Shown in pieces: positions 59,058-64,000 of a stretch of 64,000 nt of DNA (the first letter of the stretch is position 1; every line of letters starts with the position of its first letter). Where the stretch lies: assembly GCA_963826115.1 (NCBI GenBank), contig CAWGVS010000002.1, positions 64,001 to 128,000 of the forward strand, written 5' to 3'. The notes beneath the pieces were generated by a model, which saw nothing but the letters and a program-made list of their open reading frames with translations, ran no database searches and was not told where the DNA came from. The translations under genes were made by a program, and so were the position numbers. Source of the DNA: an uncultured Candidatus Rokubacteria bacterium. Its GTDB lineage: Bacteria; Methylomirabilota; Methylomirabilia; Rokubacteriales; DASRDR01.

Positions 59058-59408
59058 ATGCTTTTCGTCGAAGACATCCGGTTCTACGGCCATCACGGGG
59101 TCACGCCGGCCCAGCAGGAGGTCGGGGCGTGGTTCTCGGCGGACGTGGAGCTGGCGCTGGACCTCACCCCCGCGGCGCTCTCCGACGACCTGGGCGCGGG
59201 CGTCGACTACGGGCGGGTGGTGGAGCGCGTCGTGGCCATCGGCACCGGCGAGCGGCTCCACCTGATCGAGCGGCTCGCGGGCCTGGTCTGCGAGGCGCTC
59301 CTCCGGGAGTACCCGGCGCGCGAGGTCACGGTGACCGTGCGCAAGGTCACGGCGCCGCTCGACGGGGTGGCCGCCACCCCGGGTGTCCGGATGACACGGA
59401 GTCGGTAG
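59058..59408 (+). CDS. folB: Dihydroneopterin aldolase
   Basis: FYGHHGV..QQEVG, SDDL..GVDY, LIERLA, VRK. Confidence 0.9.
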   Translation: MLFVEDIRFYGHHGVTPAQQEVGAWFSADVELALDLTPAALSDDLGAGVDYGRVVERVVAIGTGERLHLIERLAGLVCEALLREYPAREVTVTVRKVTAPLDGVAATPGVRMTRSR

Positions 59409-59410
59409 GC

Positions 59411-59917
59411 ATGGCGCGCGTGTTTCTCTCGCTGGGCTCGAACCTGGGCGACCGCCGGCGGCACCTCGAGACCGCCCTGGCGCTCCTGCGCGCGGAGCTG
59501 GGCGTGCGCGTCGTCACGTGCTCCCAGGTGTACGAGGCGCCGCCGTGGCCCGCGCTCGCCGCGCCGCGCGAGCACTGGCATCTGAACTGCGCCGTCGAGA
59601 TCGAGACGGATCTGCCGCCCCACCGGCTGCTCCGGCTGACCCAGGCGATCGAGAGCCAGTCGGGCCGCCCGGCGCCCGGGCCCCCGGGACCGACCGGGCC
59701 GCGCACGCTCGACATCGACATCCTGCTCTACGCCGACCAGGTGATCGCCGAGGACCAGCTCCAGATCCCGCACCCGTTCCTGCACCTTCGCCGGTTCGTG
59801 CTGGTGCCGCTCGCCGACATCGCCCCCGAGTTCGAGCACCCGACGCTCTACCAGTCGATCACCGATCTCCTGGGCGAGCTCGCGAGCGAGGGCGACATCG
59901 TCCCGTACCCCGACTGA
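59411..59917 (+). CDS. folK: HPPK (6-hydroxymethyl-7,8-dihydropterin pyrophosphokinase)
   Basis: LSLGSNLGDR, GPRTLDIDILLY, IPHP, RRFVLVPL. Confidence 0.95.
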   Translation: MARVFLSLGSNLGDRRRHLETALALLRAELGVRVVTCSQVYEAPPWPALAAPREHWHLNCAVEIETDLPPHRLLRLTQAIESQSGRPAPGPPGPTGPRTLDIDILLYADQVIAEDQLQIPHPFLHLRRFVLVPLADIAPEFEHPTLYQSITDLLGELASEGDIVPYPD

Positions 59918-59944
59918 CCGACGGCCGCCGCCGGCCCGCGCCCC

Positions 59945-59973
59945 TTGCCGAGGCCGGGGCATTCTGTTAGCTT
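59945..59973 (+). promoter_or_regulatory. sigma70 promoter of the ECF sigma gene
   Basis: TTGCCG-17bp-TAGCTT with extended -10 TG. Confidence 0.55.
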
Positions 59974-59992
59974 CCGCTGGCAGAGGCTAGCC

Positions 59993-60505
59993 GTGTCCGA
60001 GCCGTCCACAGAGTTCCGCCAGCAGGCGCTCACGCACCTCGATACCCTGTACAGCTTTGCCCTGCGCCTGACCAAGCGGCCGCCGGACGCCGACGACCTG
60101 GTCCAGGAGACCTACCTCCGGGCCTTCCGGTTCGCTCACCGCTTCGAACCGGGAACGCATCTCCGCGCCTGGTTGTTCCAGATACTGAGAAACACGTTCC
60201 TCACGTTCTACCGGCGGGAGACCCACCAGCCGGTGCTCCTCGACAAGGACCTGGACGACGGGCTCGAGGAGGCGCCGGCGGGGGAGGCCCCGGACCCGGC
60301 AGTCGTGACGATCCTGGACCTCGAACGGGCGCTTTCGGAGCTGCCCGAGGACTTCCGATCGGTGCTGCTGCTCGCGGACCTGGAAGGGCTGGCGCTGCAC
60401 GAGATCGGCCAGATCATGGACATCCCGATCGGCACGGTGAAGTCGCGGCTGTTCCGGGCCCGCCGGATGGTGCGGCGCCGTCTCGGCGATTATCGGACGC
60501 ACTGA
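59993..60505 (+). CDS. ECF RNA polymerase sigma factor
   Basis: DADDLVQETYLRA, LRAWLFQILRN, IPIGTVKSRLFRAR. Confidence 0.95.
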   Translation: MSEPSTEFRQQALTHLDTLYSFALRLTKRPPDADDLVQETYLRAFRFAHRFEPGTHLRAWLFQILRNTFLTFYRRETHQPVLLDKDLDDGLEEAPAGEAPDPAVVTILDLERALSELPEDFRSVLLLADLEGLALHEIGQIMDIPIGTVKSRLFRARRMVRRRLGDYRTH

Positions 60506-60508
60506 GCA

Positions 60509-61294
60509 ATGGACTGCCACGAGACCCGAGCCAGCCTCGAGGAGTACCGGCGGCGCGAGCTGCCGCCCGAGCGCGCGCGCGCCGTCGAGACGCACCTCGC
60601 GGGGTGCCCCGCCTGCCGGGCACTCCTGGCGCGCGAGGACGCCGTGGCGGCGCTGGTCCGGACGCTGCCGCGCACCCCGGCCCCGGCCGCGCTCCTCCGC
60701 CAGGTCCGGGCGCTCGGCGTCCGCCGGCGGGGCGTCGTCGGCTGGCTCCAGCGCCCCTCGGTCGCGGCCGCGGTCGCCGCGCTCGTCGTCGCCGCGGTCT
60801 TTGCGCCCTTCGTCCGCCGGGCGCCCGAATCGCCCGGAGACGCCGTCGAGGCGCTGATCCAGTCGGGCGTCACCGAGCACCGGCGGATCCTCCTCGACCT
60901 GGAGGCCCTGCCCCGGGAGCTCGTCGACGCCGATGTGCTGTTCCAGCGGGTGGCGTCGGTGACCGCCGTCGAGCTCCCCCGGGTGTTCGCGGGCAACGAC
61001 GAGCTTCACCTCGTCGCCGTGCGCCCGACCATCCTGGCCAGCCGGAAGACCGCCGCCGCGACCATGCGGTACCGGACCCTGTCCGACACGACGTACTTCG
61101 TGCTGTCGGGGGCGGACCTCCCCATGCCCACGACGGGGCGCGTCCAGATCGAGCAGTACCGGCCCTACATGCGCGAGGTGAACGGCTTCAACGTCGTGTA
61201 CTGGAAGCAGAAAGACCTGGCCTACCTCATGGTGTCGGGGCTCGACCGGGAGGGCTGCCAGAAGCTGTACCTCAAGGTGCGGCAGGCGCTGTAG
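60509..61294 (+). CDS. zf-HC2 membrane anti-sigma factor
   Basis: MDC...HLAGCPAC (HxxxCxxC), one TM, extracytoplasmic domain ending VVYW..YLMVS. Confidence 0.9.
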   Translation: MDCHETRASLEEYRRRELPPERARAVETHLAGCPACRALLAREDAVAALVRTLPRTPAPAALLRQVRALGVRRRGVVGWLQRPSVAAAVAALVVAAVFAPFVRRAPESPGDAVEALIQSGVTEHRRILLDLEALPRELVDADVLFQRVASVTAVELPRVFAGNDELHLVAVRPTILASRKTAAATMRYRTLSDTTYFVLSGADLPMPTTGRVQIEQYRPYMREVNGFNVVYWKQKDLAYLMVSGLDREGCQKLYLKVRQAL

Positions 61295-61331
61295 CCGGCC
61301 CCGCGGAGTCGAGAAGGAGGCAGCCACGGCG

Positions 61332-61500
61332 ATGCCCTCCTCCGCGCCCGGCGTTACCACGTCCGACGTCCAGCGCCTCTCCATCGTCGTGCCGGTGTAC
61401 CAGGGCGAGCGCACGCTCGACGCGTTGCTGGCGGAGATCGAGCCCCTCACAACACCGACCGCCACGCCCCGCGGCCGCCGGTTCCGGGTGGCCGAGGTGA
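61332..61500 (+). pseudogene. N-terminal fragment of a family 2 glycosyltransferase
   Basis: AAGGAGG SD; RLSIVVPVYQGERTLDALL...FRVAEV, then similarity stops before the expected VDDGS motif. Confidence 0.7.
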
Positions 61501-61519
61501 GGGCCGCCGGCCCGCGCGG

Positions 61520-62347
61520 TCAGCTCTCGCGCGGGTCCAGAAGGTCGCGCAGCCCGTCGCCGAGCAGGTTGAAGCCCAGCACGGCGAGCGCGATCGCCGC
61601 GCCCGGGAAGATCGCGTACCACGGGGAGAGCTGGAGGAAGTTCTGCGCCTCCCGCAGCATGAGCCCCCACGAGGGATGGGGCGGCTGGGTGCCGAGCCCG
61701 AGGTACGAGAGGGCGGCCTCGGCCAGGATCGCCAGCGGGAACGAGATGGTCGCCTGCACGATGAGCGGCGAGACCGTGTTCGGGAAGACGTGCCGGCGGA
61801 GGATCGCCCCGTCGCGGGCGCCGAGGGCCCGCGCCGCCGTGACGAACTCCTGCGTCTGGATCGAGAGGACGCTCGCTCGCGTGAGCCGCGCGAACACCGG
61901 CACGTAGGCCACCCCCACGGCGACCATGCTGATCAGCACGCCCGGGCCGAAGACCGCCGCGACGAGGAGCGCGGACAGGACCGCCGGGAAGCCGTAGATC
62001 GCGTCCGCCACCCGCATCGTCGCCTCGTCGAGCCACCCGCCCACCCAGCCGCCCGCCGCGCCCAGCGTCACGCCGACGGCCAGGCCGATGCCGACCGCGA
62101 TCGCGCCGACCGCGAGCGAGGCGATCGCGCCGCGCATGACGCGCGACAGGAGGTCGCGCCCGTACTGGTCGGTCCCCATCGGGTGGCCCGCGGACGGCGG
62201 CTCGAGCCGAGCCGTGAGCTCCATGCGGAGAGGATCCTGGGGCGTGTAGACGAGGGAGACCAGCGCGCTCGCGACGATCGCCAGCGTGAGCGCGAGCCCG
62301 ATCCCGAAGCTCGGGTGGCGGCGCGCGCGGCGCCAGCCCCTACTCAT
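61520..62347 (-). CDS. Dipeptide/oligopeptide ABC permease (DppC-like)
   Basis: HPMGTDQYGRD, EFVTAARALGA, AEAALSYLGLG, GFNLLGDGLRD. Confidence 0.94.
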   Translation of the reverse strand: MSRGWRRARRHPSFGIGLALTLAIVASALVSLVYTPQDPLRMELTARLEPPSAGHPMGTDQYGRDLLSRVMRGAIASLAVGAIAVGIGLAVGVTLGAAGGWVGGWLDEATMRVADAIYGFPAVLSALLVAAVFGPGVLISMVAVGVAYVPVFARLTRASVLSIQTQEFVTAARALGARDGAILRRHVFPNTVSPLIVQATISFPLAILAEAALSYLGLGTQPPHPSWGLMLREAQNFLQLSPWYAIFPGAAIALAVLGFNLLGDGLRDLLDPRES

Positions 62348-63284
62348 AGCGGATCCGCGGGTCGAGGACCGTGTAGAGGAGGTCCACGACGAAGTTCAGC
62401 GTGACGACGATGACAGCGACGAACAGCACCACGCCCTGCACCACCGGCAGGTCCCGCGCGCTGATCGCGCCGAGCGCGAGCCGCCCGAGCCCCGGCAGGT
62501 AGAAGACGCTCTCCAGCACGATGCTCCCGGTCAGGAGCTGCCCGAGCTGGAGCCCGGCGATCGTCACGATCGTCAAGAGCGCGTTCCGCACGACGTGCTT
62601 CCAGGTCACGGTGCCCTCGCCGAGGCCCTTGGCGCGCGCCGTCCGCACGTGATCGGCCCGCAGGACCTCGAGCACGGCGGCTCGCGTCGTGCGCGTCAGG
62701 ATGGCCGCCTGGACCACGCCGAGCGCGAAGGCCGGCAGGAGCAGCGCCCGGATGCCGGGCCAGAGGCCCGCGCCCCAGCCGTCGAACCCGCCGGCCTGGA
62801 CCCACCCCAGGCGGACCGCGAAGAGAAGGATCAGGAGGAGCCCGGCCCAGAACGACGGGATCGCGATGCCCAGCTGCGAGACGAGCATCGCGAGGTAGTC
62901 GCCCACCCGCCCCTGCCGCGTCGCCGCGTAGACGCCGAGCGGCACTGCCGTCAGGAGCATGAATCCGGCGGCGAGCAGCGTGAGCGGCAGGGTGACGGCC
63001 AGGCGGCTCAGGACGAGGCGTCCGACGCCCACGTCGTACTGGATGGAGCGCCCGAGGTCGCCGGTCAGCGCGCTCCCGAGCCACTCGACGTACTGGACCA
63101 GGATGGGCCGGTCGAGTCCCATCGCGCGGCGGAGCGCCGCGGCCGCCTCGGGGCTTCCCTCGGTGCCCATGATGAGGAGCGCGGGGTCGCCGGGGAGCAC
63201 GCGGACCACGGTGAAGACCAGGAGCGAGACGACGAAGAGCGTCGCCGCAAAGGCCACCGCGCGGCGGAGGATCAGCCGGCGCAT
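62340..63284 (-). CDS. Dipeptide/oligopeptide ABC permease (DppB-like)
   Basis: LPGDPA, GDLGRS, IPSFW, TARAKGL, ESVFYLPGLG, LDPRIR. Confidence 0.94.
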   Translation of the reverse strand: MRRLILRRAVAFAATLFVVSLLVFTVVRVLPGDPALLIMGTEGSPEAAAALRRAMGLDRPILVQYVEWLGSALTGDLGRSIQYDVGVGRLVLSRLAVTLPLTLLAAGFMLLTAVPLGVYAATRQGRVGDYLAMLVSQLGIAIPSFWAGLLLILLFAVRLGWVQAGGFDGWGAGLWPGIRALLLPAFALGVVQAAILTRTTRAAVLEVLRADHVRTARAKGLGEGTVTWKHVVRNALLTIVTIAGLQLGQLLTGSIVLESVFYLPGLGRLALGAISARDLPVVQGVVLFVAVIVVTLNFVVDLLYTVLDPRIRYE

Positions 63285-63369
63285 GCGTGGGCGGCCCCGC
63301 GAGACGGTGCCGCCCCGAGGCGGGCCCCGGGGCGGACGGTGACGCGGGACGCCACGGCGGCGCGCGCCG

Positions 63370-64000
63370 CTACTTCGCCCAGCCGACCTCCGACAGATCC
63401 ATGGCGGGCGTCGGCAGGTCCTTCCAGATGCCCTGGACGCCCTTCTTCGCCGCCACCAGGCGCGGGTAGGCGTAGAGCCAGACGACCGGGGCCTCGTCGG
63501 CCATGATCTTCTGGAGCTGCGCGTAGAGCTCGCGACGCTTCTTGTCGTCGAGCGTCGTCTCGGACTCCTGGAACACCGCCTGGAAGCGCGGGCTGTCGTA
63601 CCGGTAGTAGTACTTCGGGTTGGCGTAGTTCCCGGCATCCCACGCCTCGGCGTGCCCGATGATCGTCATGTCGTAGTCGGCGTTCTTGTAGACGCGCTCG
63701 AGCCACTGCCCCCACTCGATCTGCTCGAGCTTCACCTTGATGCCGATCTTCCCGAGCTGCTCGACGAGCACCTCGCCGGTCCGCACCGTGTACGGGTACT
63801 GCGGTGTGACGCGCAGCACCGCCTCGAAGCCGTTCGGGTAGCCCGCCTCGGCGAGGAGCTGCTTGGCCCGGGCGAGGTCGTACGGGACCGCCTTGGACAT
63901 GTCGACGAAGTACGGGTTGAGCGGGTCGACGTTGGAGCCGAGCACCCGCCCCAAGCCGAACATCGCCCCCTTCACCACCTCCGGCTTGTCGATGGCGTGC
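63370..64000 (-). CDS. Dipeptide/oligopeptide ABC substrate-binding protein, 3' part
   Basis: AIDK, YDLARAKQLLAEAGYPNGF, QLGKIGI, RRELYAQLQ; open to the window end. Confidence 0.92.
   Translation of the reverse strand, partial: HAIDKPEVVKGAMFGLGRVLGSNVDPLNPYFVDMSKAVPYDLARAKQLLAEAGYPNGFEAVLRVTPQYPYTVRTGEVLVEQLGKIGIKVKLEQIEWGQWLERVYKNADYDMTIIGHAEAWDAGNYANPKYYYRYDSPRFQAVFQESETTLDDKKRRELYAQLQKIMADEAPVVWLYAYPRLVAAKKGVQGIWKDLPTPAMDLSEVGWAK

Noticed and set aside
63285-63369. GC hairpins between the dpp genes as a terminator
   Set aside because: No U-tract; stems of this kind are common by chance at this GC content

Overview
Very GC-rich bacterial chromosomal window. The gene repertoire and style suggest Candidatus Rokubacteria/Methylomirabilota or a similar diderm soil lineage (inference only). 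From left to right it holds: an arylsulfatase/beta-barrel cluster; a small GIY-YIG gene divergent from a SNF2 ATPase + SWIM pair; a HEAT-repeat/HD-GYP/adenylate cyclase signalling cluster; TRAP and MFS transporters with an amidohydrolase; a four-gene operon (class III aminotransferase, FAD oxidoreductase, PaaK-like adenylating enzyme, truncated alanyl-tRNA-synthetase-like protein); assorted metabolic genes; a decayed island next to tRNA-Val(TAC) (GT39, broken GT87, an IS, a crotonase fragment); comEA-comEC; a stand-alone divergent rpoA; and the housekeeping run mltG-plsC-argH-lipoprotein-dapA-dapB-folB-folK, an ECF sigma/anti-sigma pair and a dpp/opp ABC transporter. The two best candidates for new biology are (1) the orphan rpoA paralog with an intact CTD but a remodelled assembly surface and (2) the AlaRS-catalytic-domain paralog with a rebuilt amino-acid pocket, translationally coupled to an adenylate-forming enzyme. 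Four genes carry single-base frameshifts that may be assembly errors. No CRISPR array or rRNA was seen. All family assignments are by eye from motifs; no database search was run.
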